A DNA stretch of 64,000 bases from a virus (Duplodnaviria > Caudoviricetes). Both the position numbers and the translations under genes were made by a program. Below the pieces are notes generated by a model that made no database searches, had not been told where the DNA came from, and saw only the letters and a program-made list of their open reading frames with translations. This document shows positions 27,263-35,818 of the stretch, one piece after another. Positions within the stretch are counted from its first letter, which is position 1. Each line of letters starts with the position of its first letter. The DNA is taken from positions 1 through 64,000 of the IMG/VR virus record IMGVR_UViG_2786546133_000001. The stretch is one strand, 5' to 3'.

Positions 27263-27940
27263 GTGACCGCGCAGGCCATCCGCACCACGTACAAGGGGCG
27301 CACGATCGAGGTCATCCCGCCGAGCAACCGCTACGCGGCGCCCGCCTTCACGGTGAACGACGCGTCGCCCAGGCCGGGCGAGCGCATGACCGGCGACCTC
27401 GGCCAGTCGGCCGCCGACTGCCTCGCGATGATCCGGCGGCTCATCGACGAGCGCGACGAGCAGGGCGCCGAGGGCATCCGCGGAGTCCGCGAGTACGCCT
27501 TTTGGTACGCGCCCGGGACGTGGGAGGAGTGCCCCAACGGCTCGGGCGCCGCGTACGGGCAGCACATCAAGCCCGTCGACGCCCCGTGCAACGAAGCGTC
27601 GTGCAAGGCGCAGGCGGCGCGCGTCGCCGCCCGCAAGGCCCGGCGGGCGCAGGGCAACCCGACGACGTCCGCCCTGTCGGCGCAGCTCGCGCGGGCCGGC
27701 TTCGAGCGGACCGGCGACGACGGCCGCCTGTCGGCCGGCTTCCGCGTGCTGAAGAACGAGGGCGGACCGGCGACCGGCGTGCGCGTCGTCTGGTACGGCG
27801 AGGGCGCTCGGATGCCGATGGACCGCACGCCCGGCCGCCTGCCCGAGGTCGCCGCCTTCGTGCGCGCGAAGGGCAAGTACGCCGTCCGGTACGAGGGCGG
27901 CGCGACGGTCTACGTCACCGCGAAGGGCGCCGCCGACTGA
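27263..27940 (+). CDS. Hypothetical protein
   Basis: AAGGAG RBS. Confidence 0.75.
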   Translation: MTAQAIRTTYKGRTIEVIPPSNRYAAPAFTVNDASPRPGERMTGDLGQSAADCLAMIRRLIDERDEQGAEGIRGVREYAFWYAPGTWEECPNGSGAAYGQHIKPVDAPCNEASCKAQAARVAARKARRAQGNPTTSALSAQLARAGFERTGDDGRLSAGFRVLKNEGGPATGVRVVWYGEGARMPMDRTPGRLPEVAAFVRAKGKYAVRYEGGATVYVTAKGAAD

Positions 27941-27991
27941 TCGCCGGTCGCGCCGCCGGGGATGGGCCGGCGATTCTCCTCGTGGGGCAAC

Positions 27992-28033
27992 TTGACGGTG
28001 CAACGTGATGGTGCTTTACTTATGTCTGTCAGC
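27992..28033 (+). promoter_or_regulatory. Conserved promoter/operator, copy 5 of 5
   Basis: TTGACG-GTGCAACGTGATGGTGC-TTTACT...GTCAGC. Confidence 0.8.
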
Positions 28034-28066
28034 GCGGCACGGGGCCGCGCAGGGAGGGAGCAGGCC

Positions 28067-28339
28067 ATGAGCACCACGATCCGGATCCGCAACACCGAGG
28101 ACGCCGTCGCCGTAGTCGCCGCCATGGCCACGAAGGTGATCGCGGCGGCCGGCCACGGCCACCACACCACGGACTACGTCGGCCAGGTCATGACCTCGGA
28201 CGCGGTGCTCGACAAGATCCGCACCGCCTACGAGCGGCACACCGCGAACGGCAAGACGCCGAAGGACGCGGTGATCGCCGTCGGTCAGACCGTCGTCGCC
28301 TCGTACTGCGACCGCGCCGGAATCCCCACCAGCAAGTAA
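28067..28339 (+). CDS. Hypothetical protein
   Basis: GGAGGGAG RBS, ATG at 28067. Confidence 0.75.
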   Translation: MSTTIRIRNTEDAVAVVAAMATKVIAAAGHGHHTTDYVGQVMTSDAVLDKIRTAYERHTANGKTPKDAVIAVGQTVVASYCDRAGIPTSK

Positions 28340-28399
28340 CCCCCTCCCTGGCGGGCGCCGACCAGGCGCCCGCCCCCACCCCGCGAAAGGACGCGCACC

Positions 28400-28912
28400 A
28401 TGACCGCCACCACCACCGCCGCCGCCCCCACCTACGCCGCAGGCGACGTCGTCACGGGCCGCCCGCTGAAGAACGGCGAGCCGCAGGCCGTACGCAAGGG
28501 CATCGTCCTGGGCCCCTTCGGCACCGACCCGAAGGAAGGCGTGATCGTGTGGTGGTACGGCATGGGCCCCGCGTCCATGCAGACGACGTCGCTCATGTTC
28601 CCCCGCGAGCTCAAGGCGGCAGGCACCGTCGACGAGTTCTCCGAGGCCGTATGCCGACGCGTCGAGCGCGGCGCCGTCGCCTTCGACAAGGCGCACGCCG
28701 TCGGCCTCAAGGTCGCGGGCCGCCGCCTGCGCCTGCGCAACGCACGCCGCGAGGCCGCGCAGGTCCGGAACCGCTTCAAGGTCACGAAGCTGCGGGGCGG
28801 CTGGGCCGTAGAGGACACCGTCGAAGGCGGCTGCTGGACCGGACTCGTCTACGTCGGCGCCTGCCAGCTCCGCGACCGCAAGGAACGCGAGGCCCTCGCG
28901 GGCAAGCGCTGA
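28400..28912 (+). CDS. Hypothetical protein
   Basis: AAAGGA RBS. Confidence 0.75.
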   Translation: MTATTTAAAPTYAAGDVVTGRPLKNGEPQAVRKGIVLGPFGTDPKEGVIVWWYGMGPASMQTTSLMFPRELKAAGTVDEFSEAVCRRVERGAVAFDKAHAVGLKVAGRRLRLRNARREAAQVRNRFKVTKLRGGWAVEDTVEGGCWTGLVYVGACQLRDRKEREALAGKR

Positions 28913-28992
28913 CCCTCCCTCCCCGCGGGGCGCCCGCTCGGCGCCCCGCCCCCGCTCCCCGCCCCGCCTGCTCGACGACGAGGACACCACCC

Positions 28993-29541
28993 ATGGACTT
29001 CCGCGAGACGACCGTCACCGTCTACGGCGTAACCCGCACCATCCGCACCGACTACGGCGACCGCGTGCGCACCGTCCGCCAGTTGGAGACGGCGCACACC
29101 AAGGCCGTACGCGCCACGCTCGCCGAGCTGCACGAGGCGGGCAAGGCCGACGCGCTCGCCGCCGCCGAGAAGGCCGCCAGGAAGGCCGAGCACGCCGCGC
29201 GTAACCACGCGAGCGGCCCCCTGCTGAACGAGGCGCGGCGGCTGCGTGAGCGCGTCAACGGCATCGCGAAGAGGAAGTTCGAGGCGCCGTCGTTCCCCGA
29301 CCTCAAGGCCCGCATGCGGCCCGAACCCGTGAAGTTCGACCTCACCCCCGACGACCCGATGTTCGCCGACGTACACGAGTTCTTCGACCCCGAGGCCGAG
29401 GCCGCCGAGCGCGCCGCCGCCGAGCAGGCCGCCGCCGAAGAGCTGCCGAAGGACGCCCGCGAGTTCCTCGACTGGCTTCTGTCCGGCTCGCCGACGATGC
29501 CCGCCCACCTGATCACCACCACCGACCAGCCCGCCGCCTGA
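28993..29541 (+). CDS. Hypothetical protein
   Basis: GAGGA RBS, ATG at 28993. Confidence 0.75.
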   Translation: MDFRETTVTVYGVTRTIRTDYGDRVRTVRQLETAHTKAVRATLAELHEAGKADALAAAEKAARKAEHAARNHASGPLLNEARRLRERVNGIAKRKFEAPSFPDLKARMRPEPVKFDLTPDDPMFADVHEFFDPEAEAAERAAAEQAAAEELPKDAREFLDWLLSGSPTMPAHLITTTDQPAA

Positions 29542-29604
29542 CCGCTGCTCGACGACCGGGCGCCCGCCGCGGCGCCCGGCCCTTCCCGCCCGAGGAGAAC
29601 CAGC

Positions 29605-30189
29605 ATGCCCACCCCGACCACCGAGACCCGCGACGGCGACGAGCCGGCCGCGCCCCGCCCGGACACGCCCGAGCAGCGCGAAGCCGACCGCCTCGCGAAG
29701 ATCGCCGACGGCCTGGAGGCCGAGGCCGCGCGCATGTCGCGCCACGCGTCCGGCATGTACGGCCGCTTCGAGGGCGGTCAGCCGCTGCTCGTCGGCCACA
29801 GTTCCTACCGCTCCGCCGTCCGCGACCGCGACCGCGCCGACAACGCCACCCGCCGCGCCGTCGAGAAGGCCGAAGAGGCGAAGCGCGCGCGCTCCCGCGC
29901 CAACCAGGCCCAGGCCGTCGCCGACCTCGCCGCCGTCGAGGCGAGCCGCTCCCGCGACTGGCAGCCCGCCGACTTCCGCAAGGGCGACGTCGTCACCGTC
30001 CGCGACTTCCGCCGCGACATGGCCGTCACGAGCACCTACGCCGTCAAGCGGGTCAACGCGAAGACGCTCACGCTCGACGGCGGCGGGGGCGGCTGGGACG
30101 ACCCGAAGCGCACGTACGACCGCGTCCTGTCCCGCACCCGCGACGGCGTCACCGTCACCGACCCCGGTCAGCTCGACGCCGACAGCTGA
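29605..30189 (+). CDS. DUF3560-like protein
   Basis: GQPLLVGHSS...RDRDRADNATRRAVE matches the GQPILVGHHS family signature. Confidence 0.75.
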   Translation: MPTPTTETRDGDEPAAPRPDTPEQREADRLAKIADGLEAEAARMSRHASGMYGRFEGGQPLLVGHSSYRSAVRDRDRADNATRRAVEKAEEAKRARSRANQAQAVADLAAVEASRSRDWQPADFRKGDVVTVRDFRRDMAVTSTYAVKRVNAKTLTLDGGGGGWDDPKRTYDRVLSRTRDGVTVTDPGQLDADS

Positions 30190-30200
30190 GGAGCTACGAC

Positions 30201-30404
30201 GTGTCGAACCGGCAGAAGGAAGTGAAGGAGCTCTTCCGCAAGATCCGTAAACAGACGTCGAGCATCGAGCCGACCGGCGGCGGGCACTGGGCCGCCACCC
30301 ACAAGACGACCGGCGAGACCGTTTACATCCCGTCGACGCCGAGCGACGTCCGCGCCCTGAAGAACAAGCGCAGCGACCTGCGCGCCGCAGGCTTCCGCAT
30401 ATGA
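30201..30404 (+). CDS. HicA-like small RNase/toxin-fold protein
   Basis: 67 aa; GGGHW...TVYIPSTPSD.RA.KN.RSDLR..G. Confidence 0.6.
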   Translation: MSNRQKEVKELFRKIRKQTSSIEPTGGGHWAATHKTTGETVYIPSTPSDVRALKNKRSDLRAAGFRI

Positions 30405-30427
30405 CCACGAGCAGGAGACACCCCACC

Positions 30428-30874
30428 ATGAGCAGCGAGCAGCAAGACGCCCCGGAGTTCACCGAGCACCAGGCCCGCCAGATGTTGCAGTACGGCGATT
30501 ACCCGAACGCGGAAGCCTTTCAGCCGTTCCGCGGCGAGGGCGGGACGTTCCTCGGGTACACGTTCCAGGTCGGCCAGCTCCACGCCGCCCGATACGGCTG
30601 GATCGCCCCCGACGGCACGTACGGCAAGAGCCTGGAGGCGTACCGCTCGACCGCCTCGGACATGCTCGTGCAGGTCGCTCGGGACGCCCAGAACCGTACC
30701 GCGGTCCTCCGTGTCGGCGAGGTCGCCACCATGGGCACGGACGACCTGCTCGCGTACCTCCGCGGCAGGATCGAGCGCTTCCACGCCGACCCGGCCGACC
30801 GCACCCGCCAGGCGTGGGACGAGCTCGACCGGCGCCTGTCCGGCGGTCACCGCCCGCCGTCGGACTGGCGTTGA
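30428..30874 (+). CDS. Hypothetical protein
   Basis: AGGAG RBS; W.ELD..LS.G...P..W tail. Confidence 0.7.
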   Translation: MSSEQQDAPEFTEHQARQMLQYGDYPNAEAFQPFRGEGGTFLGYTFQVGQLHAARYGWIAPDGTYGKSLEAYRSTASDMLVQVARDAQNRTAVLRVGEVATMGTDDLLAYLRGRIERFHADPADRTRQAWDELDRRLSGGHRPPSDWR

Positions 30875-30888
30875 CGGAGGCCCGGACC

Positions 30889-31137
30889 ATGAGCACACAG
30901 ACCGGCCCGAGCATGACGCCGAAGCAGATCGACGACCTGCGCGCGCTGCGCGAGGGAGGCCGCATCACCGACGCCTTCCTGACCAGCCTCGCCCGGCACC
31001 ACCGCCGGGCGGAGGCCGACGGCGTCCGCAACCCGGCCCGCCACTTCGCCGCGTACTTCGACGTCCTGCCGCAGACCGTAGAGACATGGCTGCGGATGGC
31101 CCGCCGCCGCGGCCTCACCGGAAAGGACACCGGCTGA
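30889..31137 (+). CDS. Small HTH-like DNA-binding protein
   Basis: PARHFAAYFDVLPQTVETWLRMARRRGL. Confidence 0.7.
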   Translation: MSTQTGPSMTPKQIDDLRALREGGRITDAFLTSLARHHRRAEADGVRNPARHFAAYFDVLPQTVETWLRMARRRGLTGKDTG

Positions 31138-31424
31138 TGGCCCTCGTACTGACGACCGTCTGCGACACGACGGAGTGCCTCGCCCTGCACGTCGGTCTGC
31201 CCGGCGCCGACGCCGAGCACGAGCGCGCCGCCGCCGAGCGAGCCGGCTGGGACGTCAGCAACCCCGACGGCCCGCACCACTGCCCGAGCTGCCACACCGG
31301 CGGCGACCCCGTGACCGAACTCGGCGAGTGCCCGAAGTGCCAGGGCCGACAGGTCGCCCTCGCCCGCGGCGAGCGCTGCCTGTACTGCCGCCACCTCACC
31401 CCGTACCCGCCCGGCGACGACTGA
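31137..31424 (+). CDS. Zinc-ribbon protein
   Basis: TGATG coupling; multiple CxxC. Confidence 0.7.
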   Translation: MALVLTTVCDTTECLALHVGLPGADAEHERAAAERAGWDVSNPDGPHHCPSCHTGGDPVTELGECPKCQGRQVALARGERCLYCRHLTPYPPGDD

Positions 31425-31468
31425 CCAGCCGCTACCCTCAGCCCAGGACGCGCGAAGGAGTACCGACC

Positions 31469-31762
31469 ATGAGCGGACCATCAGCAGCAGACCTCGCCCG
31501 GCGCCTCTCCGGAGGCTACGGCCGGGGCGAAGGACACTTCGGCCTCGTCGACGCCACCGACGCCGGGGCCGCCCAGTGCAAGACCTGCGGCGGTCACGCC
31601 GTCCTGTACTTCGTCGAGACGGCCGAGGAGACGATGACGTATGCGTGCCTCGACCACGCCGCGGCGATCGCCTATGACGCCGCCGTAGCCTCGACCGCCT
31701 CGCCCGACGTCCCCGCCTCCGAGCGCGGCGCCGACGACCGGCGGTGGCGCACGCAGGACTGA
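31469..31762 (+). CDS. Hypothetical protein (CxxC...CxxH)
   Basis: AAGGAG RBS. Confidence 0.65.
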   Translation: MSGPSAADLARRLSGGYGRGEGHFGLVDATDAGAAQCKTCGGHAVLYFVETAEETMTYACLDHAAAIAYDAAVASTASPDVPASERGADDRRWRTQD

Positions 31763-31892
31763 GCCGCTCACCTTTCGCCCGAGCCCGCCTGGCACCAGCG
31801 CCGCGGCGGGCTCTCGCGCGTCCCGAGCATGTCCACCCCGCCGCTTATCCTTCTCGGCCGACTCACCGGCCCGGCGACCAGGGGAAACGGCC

Positions 31893-32816
31893 ATGGACGA
31901 CAAGGCGACGTACGCACGCACCGAGACACTCCCGCTCGGCCGGCTCCGGCCGTTCCCCGGCAACGCGAAGATCGGCAACGTCCCGAAGATCCTGGAGAGC
32001 CTTTGCAGGAACGGGCAGTACAGGTCGCTCGTCGTCCGCGAGCACGACGGCGGCACGCTGACCGTCCTCGCCGGTAACCACACCCTTCAGGCGCTCGCCG
32101 CCCACGGGCCCGGCGACTGCGGCATGACCACCCGCAACGGCGACACCGAGCGGCCCTGCGCCGTCTGCGGAAACAAGCCCTGGGATCCGGCCGCGCGCTG
32201 CGAGATCGTCACCTGCGACGACGACACCGCGACCCGGATCAACCTCGTCGACAACGCCTCGAACGACGGCGAGTACGACGCGCTCGCCCTCGCCGCGCTC
32301 GTCGAGGGCCTCGACGGCGACCTGACCGGCACGGGCTACACCGACGCCGACCTTGAGACGCTCGTGACCGCGCTGGACGTCGCGATGGACGACGCCGACC
32401 TGTACGACGACGAGGACGAGGACGAGGACGACAAGCAGGACCAGGCGCCCGAGCAGCCGGCGGCCGCCGCGGCGCCGACACCGACGACCGCGGTCGCGAC
32501 CGGCGAGCAGCAGCCGGCGCCGGGCATCGTCACCGCGCCGACGCCGTCCGGGCTGGCCGCCGTCGACTCGTCGGCCGGGCTCGTGCCCGCCTTCTCGCAC
32601 GAGCGCGTCCCGATGGTGCTGCACTTCTCGCAGGCCGACCGCGACGAGGCTGCCCGGCTCGTGTCCGCCGCCCGCGACATGTTCCCCGCCGACGAGTCCC
32701 CGGCGATCGTGCTGCGCTCCCTGCGCACGCTCGTCGCCGTCCTGGACTCGCGCCACTCCCCGGACGGCGTCGTGACCGTCGCCGCCCTGCTGCGCGCCGC
32801 AGGGGCCGACCGGTGA
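31893..32816 (+). CDS. ParB/Srx N-terminal-domain protein
   Basis: LRPFPGNAK...SL.RNGQYRSLVV...VLAGNHT...INLVDN. Confidence 0.8.
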   Translation: MDDKATYARTETLPLGRLRPFPGNAKIGNVPKILESLCRNGQYRSLVVREHDGGTLTVLAGNHTLQALAAHGPGDCGMTTRNGDTERPCAVCGNKPWDPAARCEIVTCDDDTATRINLVDNASNDGEYDALALAALVEGLDGDLTGTGYTDADLETLVTALDVAMDDADLYDDEDEDEDDKQDQAPEQPAAAAAPTPTTAVATGEQQPAPGIVTAPTPSGLAAVDSSAGLVPAFSHERVPMVLHFSQADRDEAARLVSAARDMFPADESPAIVLRSLRTLVAVLDSRHSPDGVVTVAALLRAAGADR

Positions 32817-33586
32817 CCGCCGTCGACGTCGCCCCGCCCCGCCGCCGTCGACGCCGCCGCCGGTCGCTGCGCCCCGAGCGGCTCCTGACGCAGAACTCAG
32901 AGCTGCGCGAAGAGGGCATATGGAACTGGACGATCCCGGCGCTCGCGACCCGCCTGCGTGACGGCCGCACCGTCAAGACGTGCCCGGCGGCCGGCGTCTG
33001 TGCCCTGGCCTGCTACGCGAGGAACGGGACGTACAACTTCCCCGGCGTCGTCGAGCGTCATCAGCAAAACCTCGCGTACGTCCTCGACGACCCTGGCGGC
33101 TGGCAACGGCAGATGGTCGCCGAACTCGGCCACCCTCGGCACGCCGGCGGCTGGGTCCGCGTGCACGACGCCGGCGACTTCTTCAGTGACGCCTACCTCG
33201 CCGCCTGGCTGCGCGTCATGGCCTGGCGGCCCGAGGTCAACTTCTACGCGTACACGAAGGAAGTCGAGCGGTTCCGCAGGCTCGTCGAACCCGCCCCGCC
33301 CCGTAACTTCCGGTGGGTCTACTCCTACGGCGGCACCGAGGACCACCTCCTCGACCCCGCCCGCGATCGCGTCGCCGACGTCTTCCCCGACGAGCAGGCG
33401 ATCAGCGCGGCCGGCTGGCACAACCAGGACGCCTCAGACCTGCTCGCCGTCCTCGGGCCCGCGCCGGTCGGCATCCCCTCGAACCGCATCCCGCAATTCC
33501 GGCGCCGCATGGCGGGCCGCACCTTCCGCGAGTGGCAGGCCGAGCAGGACGCCCGCCGCGCCGCCCGGCGTTCGCCGAGCACCTGA
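32813..33586 (+). CDS. Gp88-like protein (radical-SAM-like Cys cluster)
   Basis: TCPAAGVCALACYA...VRVHDAGDFFS...FYAYTK. Confidence 0.75.
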   Translation: MTAVDVAPPRRRRRRRRSLRPERLLTQNSELREEGIWNWTIPALATRLRDGRTVKTCPAAGVCALACYARNGTYNFPGVVERHQQNLAYVLDDPGGWQRQMVAELGHPRHAGGWVRVHDAGDFFSDAYLAAWLRVMAWRPEVNFYAYTKEVERFRRLVEPAPPRNFRWVYSYGGTEDHLLDPARDRVADVFPDEQAISAAGWHNQDASDLLAVLGPAPVGIPSNRIPQFRRRMAGRTFREWQAEQDARRAARRSPST

Positions 33587-33603
33587 CCTGCCGGGCCGTC
33601 TCC

Positions 33604-33676
33604 TACCCTGTGTGTCGACTGCTGGTTGTGGGCCGAGTCAAGCGCTACCAGGGGATTCACGCTCATGACTCAGGCC
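33604..33676 (+). promoter_or_regulatory. Late leader element copy 1: -10, motif and start-sequestering hairpin
   Basis: TACCCT at 33604; CTGGTTGTGGGCCGAG at 33622-33637; GGCC-GAGTCA pairs with TGACTC-A-GGCC over ATG 33665. Confidence 0.75.
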
Positions 33677-34294
33677 ACGCACGTCCGGACCGCCGTCCTC
33701 GCCCTCGACGAGCTCACCCCGTATCCCGGTAACCCTCGCGTCGGGAACGTGCCGTCGATCCTCCAGAGCCTCCGCCGGAACGGGCAGTACCGCGGGCTCG
33801 TCGTCCGCGACGAAGGCAACGGCCGGCTCGTCATCCTCGCCGGCAACCACACCGCGAAGGCGCTCGCCGCGCACGGCCCGGAAGCCTGCGACTACACAGT
33901 CAAGGTCAACGGCACCGAGCGGCCCTGCGGCGTCTGCCAGAACCAGCCATGGGAGCCGAGCGCCCGCGTCGACGTCATCACCTGCGACGACGACACCGCC
34001 CGCCGCATCGTCCTCGCCGACAACAAGACCAGCGACGACGGCACGTACGACAACGACGCCTTGGCCGAACTGCTCAGCTACCTCGACGAGGACGGCTACG
34101 AAGGCACCGGCTACAGCGACGACGAGGTCACGCGGCTGATCCACGTCGACCTCCCCGAGGGCTTCGAGTCGTACGCCGAAGACGTCGCCGACCAGCCCGG
34201 CACGTCGAGCAGCGAACCGGCGACCGCGTTCATTCACACCTGCCCTAACTGCGGCCACGAGTTCCAGACCGGCGCGACCGGCACCGACAGCTGA
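33665..34294 (+). CDS. ParB/Srx N-terminal-domain protein (paralog of 31893) with C-terminal CPNC
   Basis: LTPYPGNPR...GQYRGLVV...ILAGNHT...LADNK. Confidence 0.8.
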   Translation: MTQATHVRTAVLALDELTPYPGNPRVGNVPSILQSLRRNGQYRGLVVRDEGNGRLVILAGNHTAKALAAHGPEACDYTVKVNGTERPCGVCQNQPWEPSARVDVITCDDDTARRIVLADNKTSDDGTYDNDALAELLSYLDEDGYEGTGYSDDEVTRLIHVDLPEGFESYAEDVADQPGTSSSEPATAFIHTCPNCGHEFQTGATGTDS

Positions 34295-35343
34295 TGGGCG
34301 CCTACAAGGACCGACTCGACGCGCTGTGGGCGGCACACGTCGCCCCGCGCGCCGACGACGCACCCACAGTCGTCAGCACGTTCGCGGGGGGCGGAGGATC
34401 GAGCCTGGGCTACGGCGCGGCCGGTTTCCGCGAGCTCCTCGCCGTCGAGTGGGACAAGCACGCCGCGATGTGCCTGCGTCGCAACTTCCCCGAGGTCGAG
34501 GTCTTCCACGGGGACATAGCCAAGGTCGACCCCTCGATCCTCGACCTCGCGCCCGGCGAGCTCGACGTCTTCGACGGCTCCCCGCCCTGCCAGGGCTTCA
34601 GCACCGCCGGGAAGCGGCAGATCGACGACCCCCGCAACGGCCTGTTCCGCGAGTACGTCCGCCTGCTCGACGCCTGGCAGCCGAAGGTGTTCGTGATGGA
34701 GAACGTGTCGGGCATGGTCAAGGGCCGCATGCGCTCCCTGTTCGCGGAGATCCTCGGCGCCCTCAAGACGGCCGGTCCGGGGTACCGCGTCGTCGCCCGG
34801 CTCGTCGACTGCGGGTACTTCGGCGTCGCCACCATGCGACAGCGCATGATCTTCGTCGGCGTCCGCGAGGACCTCGCCCTCGACCCCGTCCACCCCGCCC
34901 CGCAGATGCGGCCGCCCGTCCTGCGCGACGCCCTCGAAGACCTCGGCGACCCCGGCCTCATCCTCCACCCCAAGGGCGGGATCACCACGCTCGCGCCGCT
35001 CGTACCGCCAGGCCGCGACGGCGCCGACGTCCTGCACTCACGCGGTGCTCGACGAGCGTTCTTCAACCTCCAGCGCGCCCACTGGGACCGGCAATGCTGG
35101 ACGATCACCAAGAGCATGGCCCCCGGACGTCACGGGATCATGCACCCCGACGAGAACCGCTTCCTGTCCTCGCGCGAGATCTGCCGCATCCAGGGCTTCC
35201 CCGACGCCTACGACTGGGGCGAGAGCCGGCTGCAAGACATCTGGGCCCGCGTCGGCAACAGCGTCCCGCCGCCCCTCATGCTCGCCGTCGCCTCCACCAT
35301 CCGCGACCGCATCCTCACCCCCGCCCGCACCCGGCGCGAGTAG
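34294..35343 (+). CDS. C5 DNA cytosine methyltransferase
   Basis: FAGGGG, GSPPCQGFS, ENV, RQRMIF, R.QGFP, VGNSVPP. Confidence 0.93.
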   Translation: MGAYKDRLDALWAAHVAPRADDAPTVVSTFAGGGGSSLGYGAAGFRELLAVEWDKHAAMCLRRNFPEVEVFHGDIAKVDPSILDLAPGELDVFDGSPPCQGFSTAGKRQIDDPRNGLFREYVRLLDAWQPKVFVMENVSGMVKGRMRSLFAEILGALKTAGPGYRVVARLVDCGYFGVATMRQRMIFVGVREDLALDPVHPAPQMRPPVLRDALEDLGDPGLILHPKGGITTLAPLVPPGRDGADVLHSRGARRAFFNLQRAHWDRQCWTITKSMAPGRHGIMHPDENRFLSSREICRIQGFPDAYDWGESRLQDIWARVGNSVPPPLMLAVASTIRDRILTPARTRRE

Positions 35344-35392
35344 TTGAAAACCAGAACTAGGACAAAGAACCGGACACGAGCGAGGGGGGCCC

Positions 35393-35818
35393 ATGCAGGG
35401 CAAGTCACCAAAGCAGCGGCTCACCGCCGCCGAGCGCCGTAAGCAGGCGTTCGGCCTGTACCTCGCCGGCGTCGACCTCGGCACCATCGCGCAGCAGGTC
35501 GGCTACGCCAACGCGAGCAACGCCCACCGCGCGATCAAACAGGCCATCGAGGAGAGCACCGTCCGCGAGCAGCTCGAACAGACACAGGCGTCCATGGACG
35601 ACGCTCGGCGCCTGGCCATGCTGCGGTACGACCGGCTACAGGCGGCGTTCTGGGGAGCGGCGGTCAAGGACAAGGACCGGCACGCGGCGAACATCGTGCT
35701 TAAGTGCATGGCGGGCCGGGACAAGCTGACCGGCGTCGAGGCGCCCCGCAAGGTCGAGCACTCGGGCGAGGTCACCACGTACGAGATCATCGGCGTCGAC
35801 CCGGACGACCTCGTATGA
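35393..35818 (+). CDS. Terminase small subunit
   Basis: N-terminal HTH (IAQQVGYA); KVEHSG tail; ATGA-coupled to TerL. Confidence 0.8.
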   Translation: MQGKSPKQRLTAAERRKQAFGLYLAGVDLGTIAQQVGYANASNAHRAIKQAIEESTVREQLEQTQASMDDARRLAMLRYDRLQAAFWGAAVKDKDRHAANIVLKCMAGRDKLTGVEAPRKVEHSGEVTTYEIIGVDPDDLV

